NCBI RefSeq assembly: GCF_964204645.1
Contig: NC_134026.1
Location: forward strand, 31,458,250 to 31,522,249
Direction of reading: 5' to 3'
DNA length: 64,000 nt
DNA from: Tubulanus polymorphus
Taxonomy: Eukaryota > Animalia > Nemertea
The notes beneath the pieces are model-generated. The model searched no databases, was not told the DNA's origin, and was given only the letters and a program-made list of their open reading frames with translations. Positions 34,186 to 47,075 of this stretch are shown here, piece by piece; position 1 is the stretch's first letter, and every line of letters begins with the position of its first letter. The position numbers were made by a program, and so were the translations under genes.

Positions 34186-37148
34186 TTAAATATGATATAA
34201 TTGTCTTCCACCGATATCGAATGAAGCAGCGCTGTACGTACTCAATCCATGGTGCATCGAACCGTTTAACAGTGGATTTACAGCAGTCGATTTCTCCTCA
34301 CTAGGGGGCGCTATCGTCACGTTGTGTTCGGTAAAATATACAGAATTTGATCTGTGTAAATGATGAGAGTGAGGAGGAGAGAGTTTAGTGAGGTCGATCT
34401 CCGAACGTACGAGAGGTAAAATTTCTTTTCGTCTTTTCTCCCGATTTTGGTCGTATTTTGCCTTCAACGAAAAAAAAAAAACATGAAACGTGAAATATCG
34501 AGAAAAAAAGTGAATCGACGATAAAATTATCGCTTTTCGAACTGAATCTGATGGAATCGAGATTGCTACGCGATGATAAACTCTGATGAACCCGACGAGT
34601 GCTCAGACATGATGTAAAAAATCACGTTCTATTCTAGCCCAGGATAGGCATATCGTATTGATAGCTAGCTATGCGTGAAATTTGTCTTAGCGATTATACA
34701 ACAATGTGATTTGAGCAGGTCCACATAACGACCTGCTCACTCGCACTAATCACACTGAGTCTCGCGATTACATCAGATCCGAATCTGACAGAGGAATCGA
34801 TTCACTCATCAACGTTACCTTGTTATAAATGAGAACTCCTAATATAGCCAACAGCATTCCTAACAGATTAACGGTCGTTACGGGATTCTGTAACAATAGC
34901 AACGACGCGCTAATTACAACAATACGTTTAGTAGCGTTAGCAACCGCGTAACTTAACGACGTGACTAGAGCTAAAACCGTGAACGCTACGATATTCTGAG
35001 CGAAATTTAAAAATCCGTCCAATAATAATAAGAATACCGTCCACGACCAGGATAGGTTCGGAACCTGAAAATAGAACAGATATTCTACGTATAATGGCAT
35101 TCAATAAAACATGGCCGCCTCCATATATTACACTATGACATCATCAATACCCTCGCGACACAGCGAATAGATCGTTAAAACCTACTATAAACAAATTCAA
35201 TATTTATTCGTAAATAAAAGTCTAAAACTTAATAACACAAGGTTTAAGACTTTCCATAGACACCATCGTCAGGTTATTATGATTATGATGTCATAAGGGG
35301 ATCCACGAAGGCGGCCATGATTGAATTAACTCAGGAGTTATAACTACGCGTTACTTACGTAAGTACTATCATTCATTATATTCTGTACATCGATAAAAAT
35401 CCAAAACGGTAAAAACATAACAGCCGACAATTTGGCTAAAATAATCAATAACTGTAAGTGATGTAAACTCGTTTCATGAAGACACTGAAAATATATCAAC
35501 GTTCAAACATACAACGCTAATATTCAATACAATGAGCTAGGGGTCATTCATTTATTACGTACGCATTGGGGGAGGGGGAGGGGTCAGTGCAATTGCGTAC
35601 TGTAATGCTTAATATATATGAAAAAATGGCCGATTTTGCGTACAGAGGGGGAGGGGGGTTGAAAAATTCAAATTTTATGCACACGTAATAAATGATGAAT
35701 GATCCCATTCAACAATTTCACTATCAAATCAATACTTACTTTTTTTGAAAAAATATTTTGTAGCGAGAATCCTAAAGTAGCCCCTAAAGCGCTGAGAAGA
35801 CCGATTATATTGAATGATAGTTCAGTCATTGTGGCGATGACAACTCCGCTTATTATAGGAACTAATGAAAAATATACCTGAAATATAAAATCAATCAATT
35901 AATCAATAATGCCAGCTTCATTATCCTAGGGGGTCACCTGTATTCAAGGATAGTTTATTATCTATCCCTGCCCTCCCCCCCAATTACATCACTATCTATT
36001 GACGTTTGTCATGAAAAGGGAATTCACAATAAAATGAGTCATTTATTGATAAGGAATGTGCGTCAATCTGTCGTCGTTATTAAAAGTATCGATAATTCTC
36101 TCCTTAAACTTTGATATTGAATCACTGGGATAACAGCAGTCGTACCCCCAAATTATTCACTTTCTAGACTCTTAGTACTCAGACCGATCCAGTCAGAACC
36201 AGTGTCTAGACATTGTTCGACGAACAAGGGACAGTAACAACGTCTGGTATTCAGACCATAGTCACAATCCCCAGGTACCCAATGACTATCCATCAGTGAG
36301 AATCCTCACCCAGGATGTACCTAATCATCAACCATCAACTATTCAAGAATCCTAACCTAATATGTGGTTAGGCTAACTACCCCAGCCCCTAGAGCCCATT
36401 ACTCATATCTCTCTATATTGTATAACACTTTTTTTCTCTAAGTCTGAATTTGAATTAGGCTCAAGATTATTGATTTTAGAATTAGAAAGATGAAGTGAAA
36501 AGTTAATGAGTTGAACAGATGTGTGGAATAAAAGAATTCTTAGCAGCCGGCAGCGGGCGACTAGCAGCTGTGACTATAGCTGCCAGCCTGGAACTTACAA
36601 CATCATCATCCAATAATAATTACCTGAGACGTTTGTTTTTCCTTTAAAATCAGTCTCGATAATATCACAACAAAAAACGGCATAGTAGCTTTAACTGAAA
36701 TTCAAAATTAGATACATTTATCAACACAATAAATCAGTTTCAATGAAATGCTGATGAGGAGTAACAGATACTGACCTGTATGAGCGTAGGACACCGGTAC
36801 CTTCCATATACTAATGTGACTAGTTACTGATGAGAAGAATTTACCGAATGCTAAAGGAATGATCATCGTACAGTAATAATTCCACGTTAATCTCCGAGAT
36901 GAAGTTGAAATTCCTCTCAGTTTTAAAACCGGTGTCAAATAACACGATATAGAAATAAGTTGAACCATCGTGACAGTTGTGGGGTAGGGAAAATCGTTCA
37001 GCACGGTTTTACCCACCACATTGTTCGCAGCAGATAGAAAATACCAAACTAAACATAGAAATACAACACGAGTACATAGTCTAACAGCCTCTGGGTCGGG
37101 CATATTGAGTCCTGTATCAGTAATTACGTGTTGTTTCGAGTGGACCAT
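34186..37148 (-). CDS. SLC35E1: Solute carrier family 35 member E1 (triose-phosphate-transporter-like, nucleotide-sugar transporter family), 6 coding exons
   Basis: Exons 37148-36776 ([18 protein letters not shown]...[27 protein letters not shown]), 36694-36624 ([10 protein letters not shown]), 35877-35740 ([12 protein letters not shown]...[10 protein letters not shown]), 35484-35359, 35064-34819 (FAQNIVAF...[15 protein letters not shown]), 34461-34186. Confidence 0.92.
35540..35706. mobile_element. MITE in an SLC35E1 intron
   Basis: TIR ggggtcattcatttattacgt ... acgtaataaat(gat)gaatgatccc. Confidence 0.65.
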
Positions 37149-37149
37149 T

Positions 37150-37878
37150 TCACTTCGTTACTTCGAACCCGGAAATATCAAAACTAAATTCAAACCTGCG
37201 TTAAATAAATCACACTACTGCGAAATATCACCACAATCTACACCAGTCCCCGAAGAATGTTTTAATTAAAAACGGTCGTTTGTTTAAGTGTTAATCAGAT
37301 ATAGTAGATATCGGTCAATAAAGCCACGTCGCCTCTAATTCACTGCTGAATTACAACATGGCCGCGCCCATTAGCCGCCATTAAAACTCACCGCGAGCGT
37401 CACGGTTCAATGATTCGATGATGTAGTCATCATGTCCATCCTTTTCCTCGACTCGAGGTGACTGCAGATTCTCGGCTATTTCGATAATAATCCTTGTTTC
37501 ATCGCTTTAACGAACCCACGAAAATGATCAATTCAATTCGTAGTTTATTGAACTATAATCTTTCTGCTCTCTGCTCTGATCTGGGGTTTCTCCCAGTCTC
37601 TTCTCTTCCTGTATCTGATGTGGAGACCACGACACAGATAGATTCACTGATGAAGAGATCCTACTGCGCTGTAGTGTAGACGCACGTAGGGAGATGTCGG
37701 GTTTTGCAGCTGTTACTCTAAACGGTATCATCTGGTGCCGACACTTTGTCAATGCGTGTTTGACTTCAGCCATCCATAGAATCATCAGTTGTTATCGATG
37801 TCACTTATCAAGATGACTTATATTCTTAGTTTTATATTTCAGAATGATTATAAAATCAACCGTTGAAACGATTAATAG
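37150..37878. promoter_or_regulatory. Shared divergent promoter region of SLC35E1 and fukutin
   Basis: Start codons are 730 bp apart, head-to-head. There is a CpG-containing patch with opposed YY1-like motifs, aacatggccgc (37355) and gccgccatt (37374). Confidence 0.55.
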
Positions 37879-40534
37879 ATGGCGCTGTTGAAGAAGTTAC
37901 TATCGCGTAGAAGATGTTATAGATTATTGATTATTTTAATAAGTTTTGTATTCGTGTATCTGTGTATCCAGTTGATACTGTTTATACGTGTATCTGACAA
38001 ACAGGTAACGTTGTTCAATTCAACCCTCGCGTTCACCACATTTTATCTCTTTAAGTTCGATAAACACCTTTATTTTTTATAGCTCGCCGGTTTAAATGAT
38101 CGCGATCACTTCAAAGACCAAACACTGTACGAAAAGGTAGGAATTCACGCGTTGAATTATTAGATGAATTATCGCTATTTTCATTTATTAGAGTAAATAC
38201 GGTAATGATTATTTCATTCACAGATTAATTTGCGAATATTCATCGATATTTGTAACTATTTCAAAGTTAAAACGTCATTAATCGACCCGACTATACTTAA
38301 CAATATAGTTCACGGTAATCAATCTAGATGGCAGCACTGTCGATTTATATGTACCGGCGAAACGGTTACCACGGTTACAGTATTAGAAACACGATTAGAA
38401 CGAAAAGTAAGTTTTTATTTTTTTTTCTTCTGATCGTGTTAATTCCTCGTGTTAATTCAATAATGTTAATTCTCTTACAGATGATCACAAATTTAACGCT
38501 TCAAGGATTTAGTTCGATTAGGCCTACTGTTAAATCCTCCGATCCTCAACGTTTCAGTTTGAATCCGAACGCAGCGCCACCTGCTGAGATTATTACGCAC
38601 TATTTATTCACGCGTTATTCTCATACAATACACGTCGTTATTCTTTACTCTCGGAGTAATTTATTCCTGTGGTATAGCGCGGTAACCGACCAGGATTTAA
38701 GAAGAAGCTCGTTAACGACGCAACAATTGAAATTAGGAAAATACGCCGGGGCGATAAATAGGTAAGAGTCCCGCTAGATGGAGCCGCTTAAACTCGAATC
38801 TCGACGTTATCGAGCACTAGCGCCACCTAGTGGGCTTACTACGTACCGTTCATTATGATATCTGGCGTTTGTAAATTTAGATGAATTACGTTTGATATTT
38901 TACAGTTTTGATCGAGTGTCCGTAAGTTTAGATGGTTTACGTTTATTCGTTCCTCGCTATCCTCAATATTTATTGGATAATTTACGGAATTCTCGTTTTA
39001 TCGAATGTAACTACACGAGAGCTCGACAGTTTTATAAACGGTATCCGAGAGACGAGTCGCAACAAGCGAAACAATTCCGACGGGAAGCGAGTAAATTAAT
39101 TCACCGTGGTTACGAGTATTTGAATCAGATTGAGGTTGCGTTCTGGTTGAGTAGTGGAACATGTTTAGGTCTGTTGAATTTATCCACCGCTGTTTTCTCG
39201 TTTTCGAAGACTGATTATTTATTTATTAAAGTTATATTTTCTGTTACAGGTTGGTTTCGACAGTGCGATATTATCGCTCACAGTAAAGATGTCGATTTCG
39301 GAATTTGGATTAAAAATTATAAAGAATCGTTAATTTTACTGTTTGAAGGAAATTCACTTCCGTTGACTCATAAATTTGGCAAGGTAAATTAACACCGTCA
39401 TCTCCTCACTTTGTCCTCACCTCCCCTCACAGCTCCCTCATCTCGTCCTCCCCTCCCCTCACAGTTTCCTCATCTCGTCCTTGTCTCATAGCTCCCTCAC
39501 CTCACTTTCTGACTGTAGATATTCAGCAAGACCCAGTTTGGAACTCAGTTCCACAGTTCTGGATCAAGTTCCACACTTACTGGACTCAGTTCCACAGTTG
39601 TGGACTCAGTTCCACAGTTGTGGACCCAGTTCCACAGTTGTGGACCCAGTTCCACAGTTGTGGAGTCAGTTCCACAGTTGTGGAGTCAGTTCCACAATTG
39701 TGGACCCAGTTCCACAGTTGTGGACCCAGTTCCACAGTTGTGGACTCAGTTCCACAGTTGTGGACCCAGTTCCACAGTTGTGGACTCAGTTCCACAGTTG
39801 TGGAGTCAGTTCCACAGTTGTGGAGTCAGGTCCACAGTTGTGGAGTCAGTTCCACAGTTGTGAACCACAGGTTCGTGGTCACTCAGTTGTATTTCCTGTT
39901 TATTTCAGGTATCTGATAGTTTTGAGCTGTCGTTCCGTGAAAACGATGTTAAACTCGATATATTTTTCTTCTATGAAGAAGGTGGATACATGTGGAACGG
40001 TGGAACTCAAGCGAGAACCGGTAAAAAATTCAAGTACGTTTCATAACGCTAACAGTGGATACAGTGGAACTCACGCCTCCAGTCACAACTTACACCTATT
40101 GTAACGACTTAAACCTAGTGTAACGACTTATACCTATTGTAACGACTTGCACCTGGTGTATATTGAATTTGACATTCAAATCGGGATTTGAGAATAGTGA
40201 CGATGGCTTTATGTGTGTTTTGCTGTAGGCGTTGCCTTGATACGATATTTGTGTAAGAGCGAAATTTGAATTGCACCAATCAATTATTAATTAATCGGTT
40301 TTATTTTGAAGGTATATATTTCCTAATTTTACGATGTGTTGGACGTTGTTTTTGAATATGAAACTGCGGATTCCGTGCGAGACCGAGGCTTACATCGAAG
40401 CTAACTACGGTCGAGATTGGTTCATACCGGTTACACAATGGGATTGGAAGAACAGTCCTCCGAACGTCCGAGAGAATGGGGAATGGTCTCGTGAAGAGTG
40501 GAACGATGTCATTCAAATATACCCTGCACAATAA
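37879..40534 (+). CDS. FKTN: Fukutin (ribitol-5-phosphate transferase, LicD family), 8 coding exons
   Basis: Exons 37879-38004 (type II TM anchor), 38083-38136, 38224-38406, 38481-38761, 38906-39168 (SRFIECNY...[10 protein letters not shown]), 39250-39383 ([17 protein letters not shown], DxD motif), 39909-40033 ([11 protein letters not shown]...[14 protein letters not shown]), 40312-40534 (YIEANYG...[16 protein letters not shown]...VIQIY). Confidence 0.95.
39530..39863. repeat. Intronic 20-bp minisatellite (cagttccacagttgtggact)
   Basis: About 16 copies, each with an internal hairpin tccaca-gt-tgtgga. Confidence 0.9.
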
Positions 40535-40792
40535 TATCAAATACTCTGGTCTTATTTTATACAATATAGAAAAATTTATTATTTCCATTTAAAATCAGTA
40601 AATTTTGTTAGTAATTTATGTACAATGTATAAATGTATAATAAATGTATAATTTTCAATACGAATAAATTTTGTACAAAATTTCTGTTTTGTTTAAAATA
40701 AATAAATCTGAATACAGAAAGAAATTTAAAACAGTTTTATTTTCATTTTGATGGATTTTCCTGAGACAGAACTAGGAATGTCGGTAGGCAAA

Positions 40793-41060
40793 TCCTGGAT
40801 TCATCATCAAAACCTGGATTCATCATCAAAACCTGGATTCATCATAAAACCGGGATTCATCATAAAACCGGGATTCATCATAAAACCTGGATTCATCATA
40901 AAACCCTGGATTCATCATAAAAACCCGGATTCATCATAAAACCTGGATTCATCATAAAACCCTGGATTCATCATAAAACCTAGATTCATCATAAAACCGG
41001 GATTCATCATAAAACCGGAATTCATCATAAAACCTGGATTCATCATAAAACCTGGATTCT
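40793..41060. repeat. 18-19-bp minisatellite (aaacctggattcatcata) between the convergent fukutin and receptor 3' ends
   Basis: About 14 copies. Confidence 0.85.
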
Positions 41061-41254
41061 TTTAACACTGAATTCATTAAAAACCTGCAATATTTCGCAT
41101 TCATGGATTTTACAATAAAAAGTTACATCTGATATGCTGCATATGACACAATAGTTGATGAGATTCTACACTAGAATAAAAATCTAAAATGAGATTCGAT
41201 ATTAGAATAAAATGCAAATCACTAGCACAAAATAGTATGAAACGACTTGATACG

Positions 41255-41425
41255 GGCTACCGTATATCATCATAAACACCTCCATACAGGCTACCATATC
41301 ATAAACACCTCCATACAGGCTACCATATCATAAACACCTCCATACAGGCTACCGTATATGATAATAAACACCTCCATACAGGCTACCGTATATGATAATA
41401 AACACCTCCATACAGGCTACCATAC
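41255..41425. repeat. ~29-34-bp minisatellite (ataaacacctccatacaggctacc...) in the receptor A 3' UTR
   Basis: About 5 copies directly after the minus-strand stop at 41440. Confidence 0.8.
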
Positions 41426-41439
41426 GAGGTGTAGGAGGT

Positions 41440-44400
41440 TTAACAGTTAGAGATAGAGTCACCCATACGAGCTCTATAACCCTCTAATACCTCCTGTACG
41501 AGATCACAATGAGCGTCAGAGAACGAAGTTGAACTAACGTCTGTCATACTGGAATCAGTAGTAGTTAAACCATCATCAGTACTGGCGATAGTGTCATTAG
41601 TTATACAACTTAAAGGTCGACTATCGCTCAACTCTACAGTCTGTTCTTCAGCAAAATTATCAATAGTTAAAGGAATTGAGTTGATACATAGTCGCGGTAT
41701 TCTAGGAGGAGAAGGGTCGTTCGGTACAGATTTAGATGAATTATTGTTGTAATTATAGTTGATAGTTGTCGGTAAGAAAGGCGAGGTTGACGACGTAGAA
41801 TCTCCTAAACCTGACGTTGAATAGTTTCCTGCAGAACTCATCGACGCTTTATTCATCAACGGTTTTAATTCCACTTTTAAACCGTTCGGTTTGTGTTGAG
41901 ATTTCTCTGTTTCACTTACATCCTGAAATACATATCAATATCATTAGGGTTTGGGCTACATGATGGGGGGAGCAGGAGGGAAGAGGGAGCAGGAGGGAGG
42001 GGAGCAGGAGGGAGGAGGGGAACAGGAGGGAGGAGGGAGCAGGAGGGAGGAGGGGAACAGGAGGAGGGAGGAGGGGAGCAGGAGGGAAGAGGGAGCAGGA
42101 GGGAGGGGAGCAGGAGGGAGGAGGGGAACAGGAGGGAGGAGGGAGCAGGAGGGAGGAGGGGAACAGGAGGAGGGAGGAGGGGAGCAGGAGGGAGGATGAT
42201 CAGAAGGTGAGGGGAGGAGGGAGGATGGGAGCAGGAGGGAGGGGGGTTACTTACCAGATCATCACATGGTGAATTCTCGCTGATGAAATCATCATCAAAC
42301 TGCGGGACATCTGGTCGAACACCTGGCGTTGATTTCCACTTCCTAGAAACGCAACAATAAACATCAGTTTGAATCGGGTGATTCGGTCTATTAACCCGGA
42401 AACGCAGAATAGTATTACCTGATTATTCCTACGGTTACTATGAATATAATGAAAACCATAGCAACGGTTGCCACAGCGATAACGATCGGTATTATTACCG
42501 ATTTACCGGAATGAACAACTGTAAAATAGAAATGAACAAATTCAAAATTTAAATACGATTTCTAAAAATTGCGTAACGGAATTAACCAATCGTTTAACGT
42601 ACCGTAAGATTTAAACTCCGGTTTAATACTAATCCAGGGAGTAAATTTACTACTGGTTAAACCTACGACCTGCAGTCTGATATTGTATACGGTACTGTTG
42701 TTAACATCTGCTATCGTGAAGTTATTCGAGTTTAGTTTGAGAGTTTGATTCATTACTTCACTTCGATCGTTACCACGCCAGTAGATATTTAACTGTAGAG
42801 GGCGCTCAAACGCAGGATTACACGTTAATCTCGGCCACGTTAATAATAAACTAATATTCAACTGATTGTATTGTTGTATGATATGGAATTTAGGAGCGTG
42901 CTGGACACCTATAAATACAATATAGAATCCTATTAAACCAGAGGCTCAAACTATAGATAGATTCCACAGTTGCTCTTAACCGGTGGATAGATTCCACAAT
43001 GACAATTACAATTGCATTGTTACCACGTTATTTATCAACTCACCGTTGCCAGCTGTATAAATACATGTTGTCCAATCAGATAACCCGGAGCCGCTGAGTT
43101 TAGCATAGTTCTCCGCCGAGACCGCAAACTGACACTTTGAGATATCTCTAATGTTATAGATCGTGTACGAACGCTGTATTTCAGAATCCACAATTTTCCA
43201 ATCAATAAATCCCTGAAACATCGATCAATCCAGGAATATATTAACAGTTCATCATGGTCAGGGGCTGATCATCATGACCTACTTCGTCCATGAGACCTCC
43301 CACGTCCATGAGACCTCCCTTCTCTAGTCCATCAGACCTCCCTTCTCTAGTCCATCAGACCTTCCCTCCCTTGTCCATGAGACCTTCCCTCCCCTAGTCC
43401 ATGAGACCTCCCTCCCTTGTCCATGAGACCCTCCCTCCCCTAGTCCATGGATCAGTCAATCTATAAAACTTACCTTACAGTTTTCAAATACAACAAAACG
43501 TTTTGATATTTGATCCTCAGTTGCTGCAGCTGCAGGAGTCCAGTAAACAGTTACTGTAGTCGCACCTGTCCTCTCAGCTACTACGTTATACGGAGCCAAT
43601 GCACCTGCATGTGAATGAATCAGAATACAGAGATGTGAAACCAATTGACTGACTGACTGACTGATTGATTGACTGATTGACTGACTGATTGAATGACTGA
43701 TCGACTGACTGACTGATTGACTGACTGACTGATTGATTGACTGACCGTATTCATACTCCGCTAGTCTGAACTCAGATGTTGGTATAACAGGTCCGCTACC
43801 AGCACTGGTCGCCGCGGTGATATAAAACTCGTACGGTAACGTTAGGGTTAGATTCCGAACCCGACAGTATGATAGCATCACCTCACAACGAACGCAATTC
43901 AACGGATTCATGTTTACATCATCCGATGACATCACCCGGTAACAAGCCATAACCTTGACGACAATACCTCGCGCTTGACGTTTATTTAAATACTGATAGT
44001 AGAGAAGAATATGACGACAATCGGAGCCGCAGATCGTCTGCTGAAAACCGCTGTCTGTTGTACGAGGGTTTGAGATCGGTACTACAATACAGATATATAC
44101 ATCATAGCAACAATCATTCAGGATACGAATTACAGTAGACTCCTCCTGAATCGGTACTGTTTATCTCGATAAACCGTTAATTCGGTGGTTTTACGAGCAA
44201 TTATCCTCCTCTGTTCCTAACTGTACCGATTTAGGCGGAGTCTACTGTACTACTTACTACAATCATTTCTAATTGCTTATTTGAAGGAGTTTCAAACACG
44301 TTTTAAAGCAATTTTTATTTAGAAGGCGTTTTTAAGGAATCAAGGAATCGCAGGGATCCCGTTAATCCTCTCTCCCATCCCTAGAAGGCATTTTTAAGGA

Positions 44401-45151
44401 ATCTAGAAGTTGCAGGGATCCCGTTAATCCTCTCTCCCCTCCCTTTCATTTTTCAAATTGAAGATGCATAAGGAAAAAAAGGCCACGTCCCTCTCAAACT
44501 GATGACTCAACATTTATTAATAAAAAACATATATAGAGATGAAATACCTCCTTCAGTAGTTTGAGCTGTTATAGTTTCACTAGGTTTACTCCGTAATAAC
44601 GAACCATTAACTGATGTTACTATTGAAACGGTATAATTCCTGTACGGTTCGTACAGATTGTTTATCGTATGTTTATATCGACCGCATTTCGCTCCATTTA
44701 TCTATAAACAAATAATACATACATATATCTCATTATTTAACGAGAATATCGACCGAGAATTATCAAATTTCAAACAATTCTTACCCACTGACTGTGACGT
44801 TTAGAATCGACGTAAAACATGAACTTTAAAACGAATCTATAAATCGAACTCCTGATTCTCGGAATGTCGTACGACAAATTCTCGCATCTCGATAAACTCC
44901 ACGATAAACTAACGGTCGTGTTTGTAGATGAAATAACCGTTAAATTCTCAACTCCGGCAGGAACCACTGAAATAAAAACATTTCAAATACAATATGAGAT
45001 CAATTACTGATATCTACAGCGAAACTAACTAAATATTATACATTAATCCGGCTGATATATAGTAAATGATTATTACCTGATAATCTTTAAGCTGTTAATC
45101 TATTCAATACCTGATAATCTTTAAGCTGTTAATCTATTCTATCCATCTGCA

Positions 45152-45230
<79 letters not shown>

Positions 45231-47075
45231 TAGTTAGTAGATAATAATAAACAGCAGAAATTATTTGTTAATGTTAAAGGTGCAATTGATTTCATGAATT
45301 AGTCAGTAAAACACTCAAAACTCTTGAAGCAAAGTCGACCATTGTATTTCACAAACTCTTTCTCAGTATTTGACACCAACTCGGGGTAGAATTTTACCAG
45401 TCTCAACTTTACCGCAGTAAGAGACAGAGTCTACTGTATTTGTATTTGAAGTCTTGAAGTTTAACAGTATTTGAAGTGAGTTTTCTGTTTTACTGAGTTA
45501 AGTGGAGTCTATTCTAAATAAATATGAAGCAATTTGATATGATTTTGATGCGAAGAAGATGAGTTAATGCACATGAAACTAATCTCATCGTATATTTACC
45601 AACATCTTTAGGTTTCACTTTAATGGTTTTTTTGTAACGTCCCAATAAACTAAAGCCTTCAATCGATACAGTATTGATGATATCTGGATGATAATCCTTT
45701 CTGGTCCACAAACATTTTAAATCGTCCCTCCGTGAGCACCGCGGTGTAACGCTCCACGTCGTGTTTAAATCAGTTATTTTGTTAGATTCGATATTTTTCT
45801 GGTCGCCCCATTCGCATTCGAGCCACTCCCAGTTGGGTGATTGACATCTAATCTGTCCAATCAGATTCACGGGAGCATCTGGAAGAAACAGGAAACATGT
45901 GAGAGATAAGGTGGCAGGTTGCAGACTGGAGTAGTAGCAGGTTACAGGCTGGAGTAGTAGCAGGTTGCAGGCTGGAGGAGTAGCAGGTTGCAGGCTGGAG
46001 GAGTAGCAGGTTGCTGGCTGGAGGAGTAGCAGGTTACAGGCTGGAGGAGTAGCAGGTTGCAGGCTGGAGGAATAGCAGGTTGCAGGCTGGAGGAGTAGCA
46101 GGTTGCTGGCTGGAGGAGTAGCAGGTTACAGGCTGGAGGAGTAGCAGGTTACAGGCTGGAGGAGTAGCAGGTTGCAGGCTGGAGTAGTAGCAGGTTGCAG
46201 GCTGGAGGAGTAGCAGGTTGCAGGCTGGAGGAATAGCAGGTTGCAGGCTGGAGTAGTAGCAAGTTGCAGGCTGGAGTAGCAGGTTGCAGGCTGGAGGAGT
46301 AGCAGGTTGCAGGTGTAGCACAAACTTTATTTAAGCTGAAATTGAGTCCAGATACTTACATCCAACTCTAAGGTGAAGGTCACAGGCAGCGGTATTATTG
46401 ATGAAACACCCGTAGATTCCGGAGTCCGATATTCGTACGTTTGATTTACTGTATTTAATGGTACAATCAGAGGTTCGTTCAGTTAGTAGAATGCGACCGG
46501 TAGATTGATGAGTTAGATATATCTGAGATGTTGGTCCGATACATAGCCGTTTACTACATTCAATCTCAATATCGCTACCATTCGATACATATGTGTGATT
46601 CATAAATCTATTCATAGGTTTCACTGCAAAAAAGACAATCTCATTTTTTAGACTCTTCAGAGGAAAAGTATTGATAATCTCTTTTCTGAGATCGAGATTC
46701 TTCAGAGGAAAAGTATTGATTATCTCATTTTTTAGATTCTTCAGAGGAAAAGAATTGATAATCTCTTTTCTTAGATCGAGATTCTTCAGAGGAAAAGTAT
46801 TGATAATCTCTTTTCTTAGATCGAGATTCTTCGGAGGAAAAGTATTGATAATCTCATTTTTTAGTTTCTTCAGAGGAAAAGTATTGATAATCTCATTTAG
46901 GCCTATTAGATCGGGATTCTTCAGAGGAAAAGTATCGATAATTAATTCTCTTTGAAAACTTACCCAAATCTAATTGAACATTTCTGCAATTCTCGTAATC
47001 AGACGTAGCGAACTGAATCGTAGAATCAAATGATTCTAAAATAGTCACCAGCAAAATTAACAGATATCTCTTCAT
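41440..47075 (-). CDS. Type I cytokine receptor A, gp130/Domeless-like (signal peptide, Ig, cytokine-binding module, 3 FN3, TM, ~190-aa tail), 12 coding exons
   Basis: Exons 47075-46964 (MKRYLLILLVTILES), 46623-46360 (Ig, DSGIYGC), 45878-45600 (CQSPNWEWLECEW, 4 Cys), 44966-44785, 44701-44548, 44081-43746, 43604-43474, 43212-43044 (SGLSDWTTC), 42908-42603, 42518-42419 (TM VIIPIVIAVATVAMVFIIFIVTVGII), 42342-42255 (Box1-like RPDVP), 41922-41440. All phases are consistent. Confidence 0.8.
41965..42245. repeat. Purine-rich low-complexity repeat (ggagcaggagggagg)
   Basis: Fills the last intron of receptor A. Confidence 0.85.
44133..44247. mobile_element. Tc1/mariner-type MITE
   Basis: TA-flanked TIRs cagtagactcctcctgaatcggtac ... 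gtaccgatttaggcggagtctactg. Confidence 0.8.
45153..45227. repeat. (TA)n microsatellite
   Basis: About 37 TA units. Confidence 0.95.
45910..46318. repeat. Intronic 23-bp minisatellite (gcaggttgcaggctggaggagta)
   Basis: About 17 copies. Confidence 0.9.
46635..46945. repeat. Intronic 39-51-bp minisatellite (ttcttcagaggaaaagtattgataatctc...)
   Basis: 7 copies in the first coding intron of receptor A. Confidence 0.85.

Noticed and set aside
35150-35185. Possible 31-nt cassette or poison exon in an SLC35E1 intron
   Set aside because: AG/GT sites exist, but the flanking exons already join in frame and nothing else supports it without RNA data.
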